From the NCBI RefSeq assembly GCF_053078305.1, contig NZ_CP166879.1: 64,000 nt of DNA; one strand, 5' to 3'. Below, piece after piece: positions 20,727 to 32,059 of this stretch. A program made the position numbers and the translations under genes. Under the pieces are notes generated by a model. That model saw only the letters and a list, made by a program, of their open reading frames with translations, was not told the DNA's origin and made no database searches. Positions within the stretch are counted from its first letter, which is position 1. Each line of letters opens with the position of its first letter.

Positions 20727-22081
20727 GATAACAACCTTCCTCAGAATGGTGAAATCATTCGCTATGGCGAAGTTATCGGTTACGCGGTACGCGATGTCGC
20801 CAAAGGCAGCTGGATCGACGAATCCACGGTCACGCTGCCGAAAGCGCCGCCGCTGGAAGATTACACCTTTGAAGGTTACCGCAACGCCGACGGCAGCGTG
20901 GGCACCAAAAACCTGTTGGGTATTACCACCAGCGTGCACTGCATGGCAGACGTTGTGAACTACGTGGTTAAAATTATCGAACGCAACCTGCTGCCGAAAT
21001 ACCCGAGCATCGACGGAGTGGTCGACTTGAACCACCTCTACGGCTGTGGCGTAGCGATTAATGCACCGACCGCCGTGGTGCCAATTCACACCATCCATAA
21101 TATTGCGCTGAACCCAAACTTCGGTGGCGAAGTGATGGTGGTGGGTCTCGGTTGCGAAAAGCTACAGCCATAGCGCCTGCAGAAAGGTACGGAAGATGTG
21201 CAGAGCATCCCGGTCGACAGAGCCAGCATCGTACGCCTACAGGACGAACAGCACGTTGGCTTTAAATCAATGGTCGACGATATCCTGCAGGTTGCCGCAC
21301 ACCATCTGGAAAAACTCAACCAGGCCAGCGCGTCACCTGCCCGGCCTCCGAGCTGGTGGTGGGCATGCACTGCGGTGGCAGCGACGCGTTCTCCGGCGTT
21401 ACCGCTAACCCCGCTGTCGGCTACGCCTCTGACCTGCTGGTGCGCTGCGGCGCAACGGTGATGTTCTCCGAAGTCACTGATGTACACGACGCCATTCATC
21501 TGTTAACGCCGCTCGCCATCAATGAAGAAGTTGGCAGGTGTCTGCTCGAAGAGATGGCCTGATACGATAACTATCCCGATATGGGCAAAACCGACCGCAG
21601 CGCCAACCCTTCGCCGGGCAACAAAAAGGGCGGCCTCGCCAACGTGGTAAAGAAGGCACTCGGCTCCATTGCTAAATCGGGTAAAACCGCAATTGTTGAA
21701 GTGCTGTCGCCCGGTCAACACCCGACTAAACGCGGATTAATTTACGCCGCGACGCCAGCCAGCGATTTTATCTGTGGCACGCAACAGGTGGCTTCGGGTA
21801 TCACCGTGCAAGTGTTTACGACCGGCCGTGGTACGCCGTACGGCCTGATGGCGGTACCCGTCATTAAAATGGCGACCCGCACCGGGCAGGCGAACCGCTG
21901 GTTTGATTTAATGGATATTAACGCGGGCACTATCGCTACCGGCGAAGAGACTATTGAAGAGGTGGGCTGGAAGTTGTTCCACTTTATTCTCGACGTCGCC
22001 AGCGGGAAGAAGAAAACCTTCTCGGATCAATGGGGATTGCATAACCAGCTGGCAGTGTTTAACCCGGCACCGGTGGTCTGA
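20727..22081 (+). pseudogene. garD: galactarate dehydratase pseudogene (N-terminally truncated, in-frame stop, frameshifts)
   Basis: Successive frames translate to GarD/UxaA-type sequence: [15 protein letters not shown]..., [23 protein letters not shown]..., [35 protein letters not shown]..., [23 protein letters not shown]...AVFNPAPV. There is a stop after CEKLQP (21171-21173) and at least two frame changes. The left boundary is approximate. Confidence 0.85.
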
Positions 22082-22143
22082 TATTCTCTTCATACATCAA
22101 GTTGTATTATGCCCGATAACGCTTGTTTATCGGGCATAGTGAA

Positions 22144-22715
22144 TCACAGCGAAGACGCGAGCTCCCCGACCAGTATCACTTCAACCCCAGCCTTTCGCAG
22201 GCCTTCCAGACTATCCGCAGGAATGCCTTCATCAACAATGATCATGTCGATACGTTGAGTATCAATGATCTTATGTAAACTGGAACGATTGAACTTACTG
22301 GAATCGGTGACCACGATGATCCGTTCCGCAACTTCGCACATCCGACGGTTTAAACGGGCTTCATCTTCATTATGCGTGCTGATGCCGCACTCCAGATCGA
22401 TCGCATCTACACCAAGAAACAGCATATCGAAGTGGTAATTTTGCAGCGATTGCTCAGCCTGATCACCGTAAAAAGATTGCGACTGACGGTGTCAGTGCTA
22501 TCGCAGATCAACGCGCCACCATAGGCACACACAGCGATCCCCTGCTTTTCCAGAAACGCCAGATCGTTGCGGATCGTCACAGTAGATACGCCATACAATG
22601 CCGACAGATCGTTAACCTGCACACTCCCTTGCTGTCGCAGACGCTGAATGATCTGTTCTCGTCGCTCGCTGGTGCCTGTCACTCGCTTCTCACCTGAAGC
22701 GTCGGTATTACTCAT
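22144..22715 (-). pseudogene. agaR: DeoR-type aga operon repressor pseudogene (internal deletion plus frameshift)
   Basis: The N-terminal ORF ([62 protein letters not shown]...) and the C-terminal ORF (...[54 protein letters not shown]...VILVGE) are in different frames. The sugar-binding middle (~110 codons) is missing. Confidence 0.85.
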
Positions 22716-22963
22716 AGTAAGTCCTTTCGTAAAACTTTCGTTTCATTTCGTTTTGCCTATTAACGCCTTTCTATTAAGCAAATGCAAGCCCACACTGCCC
22801 ATTGGCGCAAGCTACTCTCGTTTCAGTGACTTTCATTATGTTTCTTTTGTGAATCAGATCAGAAAACCCGTACCTTTCGTTTTGTTTTTATCTCACCATG
22901 ATGCAGTATCAACTGAAACAAAACGAAAGATTAATATCGCAGTAATCGGAACTGGAGAGGAAA

Positions 22964-23587
22964 GTGAAACATCTGACAGAAATGGTGAGGCAGCACAAAG
23001 CGGGCAAAACAAATGGGATTTATGCCGTTTGTTCCGCACATCCGCTGGTGCTGGAAGCTGCAATCCGCTACGCCAGTGCAAACCAAACGCCGTTACTGAT
23101 TGAAGCAACCTCCAATCAGGTGGACCAGTTCAGCGGTTATACCGGAATGACGCCCGCCGATTTTCGCAGCTTTGTTTGTCAGCTCGCCGACTCGTTGAAT
23201 TTCCCGCAGGATGCGCTGATGCTGGGTGGTGATCATCTGCGACCAAAATCGCTGGTCGATAGCGAAACGCTTATCGTGGTGTACATCTCCAGCCACCCTT
23301 ACACGCGCCAGTACGACCTGGGTCTGCTGACAGAACTGCGCCACGATCGTCAGGCAATGCGCGTGATCGCAATTGCGGTGGAAACGGATGCCATCATCGA
23401 AGCGGGCCCGCATATCCTGTTGCCTCCTTCCCGTTCGTTTATCGACATGGAACAGGCGTTCTGCTTCCTGATGTACGCCCAGGTCTTTGTGCTGGCTCAG
23501 TCGATTCATGTTGGCAATACGCCAGATCTCCCCTCTGCCAGCGGCACGGTTAACCGTGTGGTGCAAGGTGTGATTATTCATCCATAG
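22964..23587 (+). pseudogene. deletion fusion of the kbaZ 5' end to the agaS 3' end
   Basis: The first ~95 aa match KbaZ/AgaZ ([56 protein letters not shown]...LGGDHL). The rest matches the AgaS C-terminus (...[26 protein letters not shown]...[24 protein letters not shown]). This implies loss of agaV-agaA. Confidence 0.75.
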
Positions 23588-23596
23588 CGGGCTTAA

Positions 23597-23926
<330 letters not shown>

Positions 23927-24010
23927 TGCGCATAGCGTGCAGGTGATCATCGGAGCGCAGGTACAGAGCGTCAAAACCGGCATTGAAGCCTTAATTTAAC
24001 AGGAGGAGTG

Positions 24011-25174
24011 ATGTTTGATTTCGACAAAATCATTGAGCGTCAAAGTGATAAGTGCCGTAAATGGGACCATGCCTTTGTTTGCTCGCGTTTCGGTGACGTC
24101 CCGGAGTCCTTCATCCCCCTGTGGATAGCCGATATGGATTTCACCTCACCGCCTGCGGTGATTGACGGTTTCCGGCGCATCGTGGAGCACGGCACCTTTG
24201 GTTATACTTGGTGCTTTGACGAATTCTACGACGCAGTCATCGCCTTCCAGCGCAAACGTCATCAGGTTGAGGTGGAAAAATCGTGGATCACGTTGACCTA
24301 CGGCACGGTATCCACGCTGCACTACACGATTCAGGCGTACTGCAAACCGGGTGACAGCGTGATGATGAACACGCCGGTCTACGATCCTTTTGCGATGGCG
24401 GCACAGCGCCAGGGCGTGCAGGTACTGGCTAACCCGCTGCGCGTGGAGGGAAACCGCTACCAGCTTGATTTTAATCTGATAGAAGAACAGCTCAAAACCT
24501 ACCGTCCAACGCTGTGGTTCTTCTGCTCGCCGCATAACCCGTCCGGCAGGATCTGGCGCGAGGAAGAAATACGCCAGGTGTCCGATCTCTGTCAACGCTA
24601 CGGCACGATTCTGGTGGTCGATGAGGTTCACGCTGAACACATTCTGGATGGCAAATTCGTCAGTTGTCTCACCTCTGGCTGTGCCGCCCAGGACAACCTG
24701 ATCGTGCTCACATCGCCCAACAAAGCGTTAAAGCTGGGCGGGCTGAAAACCTCCAACTCCATGATTCCAGACGACTCGCTGCGCCAGCGCTTCCGCCAGC
24801 AGCTTGAGAAGAACTCCATTACCTCGCCCAATTTGTTCGGGGTATGGGGAATCATTCTGGCCTATCAACACGGTCTGCCCTGGCTCGACGCGCTGAACGG
24901 TTATCTGCAAGGCAACGCCCGGTATCTGGCGGATGCCCTCCAGACCCACTTCCCGGCGTGGAAGATGATGACCCCGGAATCGTCGTATCTGGCGTGGATA
25001 GACGTAAGCGCGGATGAGAGTAGCGCAACGCAGCTAACCCAACATTTCGCACGGCAGGCAGGCGTGGTCATAGAAGACGGCAGCCACTATGTACAAAACG
25101 GTGAAAACTACCTACAGATTAATTTTGGCTCTCAGCGCTACTGGCTGGAGCGATCCACCAACCGAATGCAGTAA
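24011..25174 (+). CDS. MalY/PatB-type PLP-dependent C-S lyase (cystathionine beta-lyase family)
   Basis: ATG 24011 follows AGGAGG. 387 aa fold-type I aminotransferase pattern (IPLWIADMDF, FCSPHNPSGRIW, TSPNKALKLGG). Preceded at 23922-23999 by the last ~25 codons of a PtsG/MalX-type EIICB gene (...VQVIIGAQVQSVKTGIEALI*). Confidence 0.75.
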   Translation: MFDFDKIIERQSDKCRKWDHAFVCSRFGDVPESFIPLWIADMDFTSPPAVIDGFRRIVEHGTFGYTWCFDEFYDAVIAFQRKRHQVEVEKSWITLTYGTVSTLHYTIQAYCKPGDSVMMNTPVYDPFAMAAQRQGVQVLANPLRVEGNRYQLDFNLIEEQLKTYRPTLWFFCSPHNPSGRIWREEEIRQVSDLCQRYGTILVVDEVHAEHILDGKFVSCLTSGCAAQDNLIVLTSPNKALKLGGLKTSNSMIPDDSLRQRFRQQLEKNSITSPNLFGVWGIILAYQHGLPWLDALNGYLQGNARYLADALQTHFPAWKMMTPESSYLAWIDVSADESSATQLTQHFARQAGVVIEDGSHYVQNGENYLQINFGSQRYWLERSTNRMQ

Positions 25175-25199
25175 CATTACAGATAAGGATCTTACACCA

Positions 25200-27089
25200 A
25201 TGAAGAAAGTGCTCACTCTCTCACTACTGGCTCTGTGTGTGTCTCATAGTGCAGTAGCAGCAAACTATACGTTCAATAACGATAATATTGCCCTCTCGTT
25301 TGATGATACAAACTCGACGATTGTGCTGAAGGACCGTAGAACTAACCATCCGATCACACCACAGGAATTGTTCTTTCTGACACTACCGGATGAGACAAAA
25401 ATCCACACCGCAGATTTCAAAATCAAGCACATCAAAAAACAGGACAATGCGATTGTCATCGACTTTACGCGCCCAGATTTTAACGTAACAGTGCAGTTGA
25501 ACCTTGTGAAGGGAAAATATGCCAGCATCGACTACACTATTGCCGCCGTTGGGCAACCACGAGACGTTGCCAAGATTACCTTCTTCCCGACCAAAAAACA
25601 GTTTCAGGCTCCTTACGTAGACGGCGCAATCACTAGCTCACCGATCATTGCGGACTCGTTCTTTATCCTGCCGAATAAACCGATCGTGAATACCTACGCC
25701 TATGAAGCAACAACCAATCTCAACGTAGAACTGAAAACTCCAATTCAGCCAGAAACGCCGGTTAGCTTTACCACCTGGTTCGGTACTTTCCCGGAAACCA
25801 GCCAGTTGCGACGCAGTGTGAACCAGTTTATTAATGCCGTACGTCCACGTCCGTACAAGCCTTATTTGCATTACAACAGTTGGATGGATATCGGCTTTTT
25901 CACTCCGTACACCGAACAGGATGTTCTGGGACGCATGGACGAATGGAACAAGGAATTCATTAGCGGCCGCGGAGTGGCGTTAGACGCTTTTCTGCTGGAC
26001 GATGGCTGGGACGATCTTACCGGACGCTGGTTATTTGGCCCGGCATTCAGCAACGGTTTTAGCAAAGTACGAGAGAAAGCCGATAGCCTGCACAGCTCCG
26101 TTGGGCTATGGCTTTCACCGTGGGGGGGTTACAATAAGCCGCGCGACGTTCGCGTTTCGCATGCAAAAGAGTATGGGTTCGAAACCGTGGACGGCAAGCT
26201 GGCGCTGTCGGGAGCGAACTACTTTAAAAACTTCAATGAGCAGATCATTAATCTTATCAAAAATGAACACATTACCTCGTTTAAACTCGACGGAATGGGG
26301 AACGCCAGTTCACATATAAAGGGTAGCCCGTTCGCCTCGGATTTTGATGCGTCAATAGCTCTGCTGCACAATATGCGCAGAGCAAACCCGGATCTATTTA
26401 TTAACCTGACCACCGGCACCAACGCCAGCCCGTCCTGGTTGTTCTATGCTGATTCTATCTGGCGTCAGGGGGATGATATAAACCTGTATGGCCCCGGCAC
26501 GCCGGTGCAGCAGTGGATAACATACCGTGATGCCGAGACATACCGCTCTATTGTACGTAAAGGCCCGCTGTTCCCGCTGAACTCGCTGATGTACCACGGG
26601 ATAGTCAGCGCCGAGAATGCCTATTACGGGTTAGAGAAGGTGCAAACGGACAGCGACTTTGCCGATCAGGTCTGGAGCTACTTCGCGACCGGCACCCAGC
26701 TGCAGGAGCTGTATATTACCCCGTCCATGCTGAACAAGGTGAAGTGGGATACGCTGGCGAAGGCTGCAAAATGGTCGAAGGAAAATGCCAGCGTGCTGGT
26801 TGATACCCACTGGATTGGCGGCGACCCAACGGCGCTTGCCGTGTACGGCTGGGCATCCTGGAGCAAAGACAAAGCCATTCTCGGTTTGCGCAACCCATCG
26901 GATAAGCCACAGACCTACTATCTGGATTTGGCGAAGGATTTCGAAATACCGGCAGGAAACGCGGCGCAGTTTAGTCTGAAAGCGGTATACGGCAGCAATA
27001 AAACCGTGCCCGTTGAGTATAAAAACGCGACGGTGATTACGTTGCAGCCGCTGGAAACGCTGGTGTTTGAGGCGGTGCCCATTAACTAA
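25200..27089 (+). CDS. secreted glycoside hydrolase, melibiase/alpha-galactosidase-like TIM-barrel
   Basis: ATG 25200 with AAGGA RBS; the track start 25089 overlaps the lyase gene. Signal peptide MKKVLTLSLLALCVSHSAVAA. Motifs HYNSWMDIGFF, LLDDGWDD and SFKLDGMG are typical of the GH27/36-like clan. The family call is tentative. Confidence 0.6.
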   Translation: MKKVLTLSLLALCVSHSAVAANYTFNNDNIALSFDDTNSTIVLKDRRTNHPITPQELFFLTLPDETKIHTADFKIKHIKKQDNAIVIDFTRPDFNVTVQLNLVKGKYASIDYTIAAVGQPRDVAKITFFPTKKQFQAPYVDGAITSSPIIADSFFILPNKPIVNTYAYEATTNLNVELKTPIQPETPVSFTTWFGTFPETSQLRRSVNQFINAVRPRPYKPYLHYNSWMDIGFFTPYTEQDVLGRMDEWNKEFISGRGVALDAFLLDDGWDDLTGRWLFGPAFSNGFSKVREKADSLHSSVGLWLSPWGGYNKPRDVRVSHAKEYGFETVDGKLALSGANYFKNFNEQIINLIKNEHITSFKLDGMGNASSHIKGSPFASDFDASIALLHNMRRANPDLFINLTTGTNASPSWLFYADSIWRQGDDINLYGPGTPVQQWITYRDAETYRSIVRKGPLFPLNSLMYHGIVSAENAYYGLEKVQTDSDFADQVWSYFATGTQLQELYITPSMLNKVKWDTLAKAAKWSKENASVLVDTHWIGGDPTALAVYGWASWSKDKAILGLRNPSDKPQTYYLDLAKDFEIPAGNAAQFSLKAVYGSNKTVPVEYKNATVITLQPLETLVFEAVPIN

Positions 27090-27110
27090 ACGCTTGTCCC
27101 AATAAGCAGA

Positions 27111-27136
27111 CCGGGTAAGGCGCAAGCGCCACCCGG
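27111..27136. repeat. REP-like palindromic element
   Basis: CCGGGTAAGGCGCAAGCGCCACCCGG: imperfect palindrome with the GGCG..CGCC core typical of enterobacterial REP units, between convergent genes. Confidence 0.5.
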
Positions 27137-27155
27137 CAAAACCGGCAGCAGGGGC

Positions 27156-27556
27156 TTAGTCCCCCTGCTGTTCCTGCGCATACTTATACAACGCATTCTT
27201 CTTCACTCCGTGGATTTCTGCTGCCAACGCCGCCGCTTGCTTCAACGGCACCTCAGCCTACAACAGCGCCAGCGTACGCAGCGCATCGGCGGGCAGTTCG
27301 TCATCCTGGGCTTTATGGCCTTCAATAATCAGCACCATCTCGCCTTTGCTAGGGTTTTCATCTTCTTTGATCCACGCCAGCAGTTCGCCGACCGACGTGC
27401 CGTGGATGGTTCCCAGGCGGGTGTTCATCACATAACGGTACAGGGCATCATTCAGCGGAGCCATTAACTAGCAGCATGCGTCCACCCAGTTGGAGAATAA
27501 TGCACGGCTCAGCTTGACGCCCTGACGGGCAAAAAAGAGCCAGCCCGTAGTTGTTG
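27156..27556 (-). pseudogene. rsmI: 16S rRNA 2'-O-methyltransferase RsmI (YraL), decayed 3' fragment
   Basis: Minus-strand translation ...[84 protein letters not shown] parallels the RsmI C-terminus, with an in-frame TAG at 27258-27260. Upstream similarity degrades (FLPVRASS* ...) and ends at the island junction. The upper boundary is approximate. Confidence 0.75.
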
Positions 27557-27565
27557 TTCAGAACA

Positions 27566-28159
27566 TTACAGCTGAGAACATATCCCTGGCAGGATGCCGT
27601 TCAGTCGTGGTCGGCCCCGGTTACTTTTTTCGGGAAGCCTGCTACGGCCCAGAATAATACCGTGTTCTTTCTGATCCTGTTTAGCCAGGTAGCTAAGGGC
27701 GTAACGTAAGTCGTCTACCGCAGATTTATCACTATAGTGAATCACGTGATCGATACGCACCGGGTATTTGTCTTTAGCCCGGCAAAGGTGAAAGTAACCC
27801 TCCCCTTCCGTGATCCGCCTCCAGATATCTCCCAGTTGCCTGGATATCTGATAAGAGTTCTTGTGACGTTGCCCATCCAGATAGCCGATAAAATGAATAT
27901 GAAGCCCTTTGTCTGATGTATATTCCATAACCCAGTAATATCCCGCCAGCATCGTTTGGGTTTCACTAAGTAAACGGTATATTTCAATACACATACTGTG
28001 CTTACAGGAATGCCCGAAACTGGGCGTGTCTTTCCTGTAGGCAAAATCAATTCTGAAAGGTAACAGTTTAGAAAAACGTTGAAACAGACCTTCCATGTGT
28101 TCATTCACATCTTTCAGAATCGCGAAATTCATTTCGTAATTGGGATTGGCATTATACAT
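27566..28159 (-). CDS. YagK/YfjJ (inovirus Gp2-like) family island protein
   Basis: 197 aa. LPFRIDFAY...YYWVMEYTSDKGLHIHFIGYLDG... is the characteristic core of YfjJ/YagK proteins of CP4-57-type islands. Confidence 0.75.
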   Translation of the reverse strand: MYNANPNYEMNFAILKDVNEHMEGLFQRFSKLLPFRIDFAYRKDTPSFGHSCKHSMCIEIYRLLSETQTMLAGYYWVMEYTSDKGLHIHFIGYLDGQRHKNSYQISRQLGDIWRRITEGEGYFHLCRAKDKYPVRIDHVIHYSDKSAVDDLRYALSYLAKQDQKEHGIILGRSRLPEKSNRGRPRLNGILPGICSQL

Positions 28160-29111
28160 TTTATAGTCCTTACTTTATAAAATTCACAGGAAGAGGGGAA
28201 TTACGTAAATACTGAGAGTACATAAACGCCGTACCACGGCATTAATAAACGAGGTAACCAGCAGTACAGACAACCTGATAAAACTGTTTGGTATTACCTC
28301 ATTACAATGAGGTAATACTTCAGAATACAGTGAGGCTCTCTTAAACAGAGGACCAGTAAGAATTACAATGGCAAAAACACACCTCATAGAATTAAGTTTA
28401 AGGAAGTACCATTCAATCACTTACAGGAAGTAATCTGATCTTCACAAAAGTCAGCTATCGAATAGCCACAGGCAACATCGCTATTAATATTGCCGTACCA
28501 TTAAGTAAAAACAGAGACTCTGCAGAGAGAGCCTACAGATATTTAACCTCACAATAAGAAGATTATTTCATACAGAAAATATTATATTTACCCATACTTA
28601 TAAACTGTAACGGAGCTATAACGTACGAACTAAAGACAATATACTCTAATAGTGTTCTGGTACGTAACTAGTGTTAAATACGAACCAGACACACACTCAA
28701 TGGATTAACTTTCTCAATATTACGCTATGAGTGAGTGACATAATTTACACATAACTAATCCCCATACACCACCACACTGTAGCATATGGGGATAGACGCA
28801 TTACGCACATACAGAATACTCAGCATAAAGAGGAGTGACATTACGATAGAAAGAGACAACATAACAGATAACATAACCCCCATTAATAATACTAATTAAC
28901 CTAAATTATTTATTGAATACGAAAACAATGAAGGCCCCACCTCACCTCAGACTAAAGCCGACAATATCCTGAGCAACAGGATATCCAATAGTAAATAGTG
29001 GTTACACCAGTTATATTTACTGACTGACCTGTACCAGAGTTTTCTAATACAACGCTGACATGGTAAAGGCATTAGTCTCCTCCGCAAGTAGCAGAGGAGA
29101 CTATATGTTAG

Positions 29112-30560
29112 TCAACGATTAAGTCGTTCAGAGGTCAAAGTTAGGTGCGACACACAACGTTTTTCCCTCAATAACCGGTACAACTCTGTTTTGTTCATAC
29201 AGTAAATCCAGTAACCAGTTGATTTTATCCTTTTTCCGGAAACGGTTCGGACCACGCTGTAAAATGTCATTTTTTTCATACAGAGGATCCCCTTCTCAAT
29301 GCAATAGCTTTTTATCCAGTTGAAAAGTTCAAGCTCCTCTGGAATGAGTCGCACAGGTACGGTCAGGGCAGGGTTGTCAAAAGTTAACGGATTAGACAAC
29401 CGCACATACTCATTACCGTACCATATTGCTAATTCTCTCGCCATTTCTGCAATGTAAGGGGAAATCTCCCCCTCCTCACCGCTCGAATGGTAAATAAGTC
29501 CTGCCAGTCTTGCCATATACTCTGCATTTTTAGCAGCATATTCCCGGCAATGTCTTAAAGGCCCCAATCCCCCCAGCTTCGATTCCACATCATTGTAATA
29601 ATCCGTCCAGATTCTGGCAGCCTGAGGAGAAAAGTGAAGGCAACGTCGTTCACCACTCATCGCCAGACTTTCATCAATAAGCTCATTGATCCTCTGTTCA
29701 AACAAATCCTGATACTGTGATGAATAATTATCTCCGGTTATTATCCTTGTCCCCTGCGTTGATGTTGGTTGACACATCAAAAACCTTGCATGATGTCCTG
29801 ACGTTTTCACAAGTTCTTTTTTTCGCGTACAAAAACCTTTGTGGTAAACATCAGGCTGAATCATCGCCGACATCGTCAGTCTTGGCTCCTTCAAATTAAT
29901 TCCGGGAGATGATTTCCTGTCGATGAAAAGAGAACCTCCATCCCACAAAGTGTTAATAATTCCCAGTTTACTCATGGCCCGGCTGTCAAAAATTACCCCT
30001 CCTTCACTGGATACAAGAGCAAAAGAACGATTGCTATCGGAGTAATATTTTAACATTCCCTCTATCGTTGTCTCATTAAAAATTGTTCGACGTATCTGCG
30101 GCGGAACAGGAGACTTATTCAGATGCGTTTCAAGCTCTGATTCTGTTGCCTTGTAATCTTTACCGGCACGAATCTCTTTATGAAATTTTGATTCCAGCGC
30201 TTTTTGTTTTTGCTCCCATATTTCCTTTTCTGTGCTGTAATTCTCAACCAGTTTCGCGTATTCTTCCGCCAGGGCTTCATCCCTGAGATAAAATGCTTTC
30301 ATAAACACTTTATCCACGGTCGTTTTCCTTTCACCAGAATCAGCCAGAATCAGAGAGTAAAGATTAACAGGCCCACGTAAATTTCCAGGTCTGCACACGT
30401 CAATCTGATTCTGACAGGCAATTGAGATCGCTGTTAATGCGGATGTCGCCACCATAGCCAAAGGTGCCTGTGTATTTTTTTGAGTTTCAATTATTGCATT
30501 TCTCACCAGCGGTGGTAGTGCATATATCGGATAAGGATTTTCTGGTGCAAGTAAGCACAT
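29112..30560 (-). CDS. DUF3987 (YfjI-like, primase/helicase-associated) island protein
   Basis: Start ATG 30560 (GAGAGG RBS); the track start 30578 is an extension. MCLLAPENPYPIYALPPLVRNAIIETQKNTQAPLAMVATSALTAISIACQNQIDV...ILADSGERKT resembles YfjI-family proteins. Gene order alpA-yfjI-yfjJ as in CP4-57. Confidence 0.75.
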   Translation of the reverse strand: MCLLAPENPYPIYALPPLVRNAIIETQKNTQAPLAMVATSALTAISIACQNQIDVCRPGNLRGPVNLYSLILADSGERKTTVDKVFMKAFYLRDEALAEEYAKLVENYSTEKEIWEQKQKALESKFHKEIRAGKDYKATESELETHLNKSPVPPQIRRTIFNETTIEGMLKYYSDSNRSFALVSSEGGVIFDSRAMSKLGIINTLWDGGSLFIDRKSSPGINLKEPRLTMSAMIQPDVYHKGFCTRKKELVKTSGHHARFLMCQPTSTQGTRIITGDNYSSQYQDLFEQRINELIDESLAMSGERRCLHFSPQAARIWTDYYNDVESKLGGLGPLRHCREYAAKNAEYMARLAGLIYHSSGEEGEISPYIAEMARELAIWYGNEYVRLSNPLTFDNPALTVPVRLIPEELELFNWIKSYCIEKGILCMKKMTFYSVVRTVSGKRIKSTGYWIYCMNKTELYRLLREKRCVSHLTLTSERLNR

Positions 30561-30808
30561 AAAAGCCTCTCTTTTCATTAATGGGTTAGTAAAGTAGCAG
30601 CAACTCCCGCTATAATAGCGAAATAGCTGCTGTTCAGACCTAATGTTCTGAGAAATACAGAATATCTGTAGATCTGATGTTTAATAAACCGATAAGGTTA
30701 ATTCAGTTCATACTGTGTTATTTACCACGAAATATCATTCATGTTTCTCATTCTTAACACCTCCTAAAATTATTTCACTAACACCTTCCCCCCGGTCTTT
30801 TTCCTTTC

Positions 30809-31036
30809 TCAGGAATCAGCCAGAACCATAGTGTAAATATTAACGGGCCCACGTAAATTTCCGGGGTTGCACACGTCAATCTGATTCTGACAGGCAATTG
30901 ACATCGCTGTTAATAATGATGTTGTAGTCATAGCCAGAGATGCTTTTTCATTGTGTTGAGTTTCAATTATTGCATTTCCAGTCATTGATGGTTGCGCATA
31001 TACTGGATACGGAGTATCCGGTTTGATGTAAGACAT
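30809..31036 (-). pseudogene. second, truncated YfjI-like 5' fragment (75 codons)
   Basis: MSYIKPDTPYPVYAQPSMTGNAIIETQHNEKASLAMTTTSLLTAMSIACQNQIDVCNPGNLRGPVNIYTMVLADS is collinear with the N-terminus of the 29112-30560 product. Its upstream leader (31037-31140) is also homologous to 30561-30670. Confidence 0.8.
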
Positions 31037-31140
31037 AAATATTTCTTTTTTCGTAATAACTTTCGGTTATAGCAGCTATTTCCGCTACAATAGCAACAAT
31101 AGCTGCTATACAGACTGGATATACTGAAAATACAGACAGT

Positions 31141-31368
31141 TCATCTGGTCTGTATCCAGCAGAGAAGGTCACTTAACAACCATCCGCAAGATTTCTTTCC
31201 GATAGACTTACGTGGTGGAAATGTTCCCTCCCGTTCAAGTTTCCACGCTTGTGTACGAGAAATTGACGTGATCTCATATCGTTCCTTTTCACGTACCAGT
31301 CTGTCGCATTCAATCCCATAAGCTTTCAAAATGACCAGACGCTGTTCATCTGTTAATGGAAGCCACAT
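31141..31368 (-). CDS. alpA: AlpA-family phage/island transcriptional regulator
   Basis: ATG 31368 follows AGGAGG. 75 aa; ...EITSISRTQAWKLEREGTFPPRKSIGKKSCGWLLSDLLCWIQTR is the AlpA/Phage_AlpA HTH pattern. Confidence 0.8.
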   Translation of the reverse strand: MWLPLTDEQRLVILKAYGIECDRLVREKERYEITSISRTQAWKLEREGTFPPRKSIGKKSCGWLLSDLLCWIQTR

Positions 31369-32059
31369 ACTACCCTCCTGATATATCAATACTTTTTATT
31401 TCCGGCATGAGCATGAAATGACTAAGTTTCCCGGATAAACAATGAGTGAAAGTCACTATCATTCATCCAGTCAACACCTTGCAAATAAAATGTAATACTA
31501 TGATTTTTATAGGTCAAAATACTGAATCGCAATGTTAAAATGGCTTTTAATAGAAAAAATAAAGACATATAGAACCAAATAAAAACAAGCCGCGACCAAT
31601 AAAAACAAAGAATTAATATTAAAAATCCATTATGACGATTTTTGTTGACTAAAATTAGGTTGGGATATATAAATAAATCCATGTAAAATTCAAACAAGGC
31701 ATGGAGGAGTCGCAGGAAGGTGAAATATTTCCATCTAATTTGTGATAATCATCACAAAAATAAGCTACAACAAGCGGAGGAAAAGACAATCTGTTGCTGA
31801 ACAGACAGAAGCAGGCTACGAATGATCGGAAAATGAAGCAAATACGCTTATACAGAAGACGCAGAGGTAACTGACGGAGACAATCACAATCAGGAGAAAA
31901 TTATCGTAAATAATGTATAAAATCTCAGGATATAAACAAATGTACACAAGCTATCCACGTAATCAGCGGCTGGCTCAGGATTAACGTTTCATTTCAGTGG
32001 ACAACATCGATTCTGTCTGACAGCGGACCAATATGTAGCAAGCAGAAACTTCTGACATC

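Noticed and set aside
20622-21721. Minus-strand ORFs 20622-21098 (158 aa), 21086-21499 (137 aa), 21503-21721
   Set aside because: They are antisense to the garD pseudogene frames and show no family resemblance.
31422-31697. 91-aa minus-strand ORF upstream of alpA; likewise 4400-4606 (68 aa) upstream of cdiB
   Set aside because: Both lie in AT-rich promoter regions. Their Phe/Ile/Leu/Lys-rich composition is driven by base bias, and they have no RBS.
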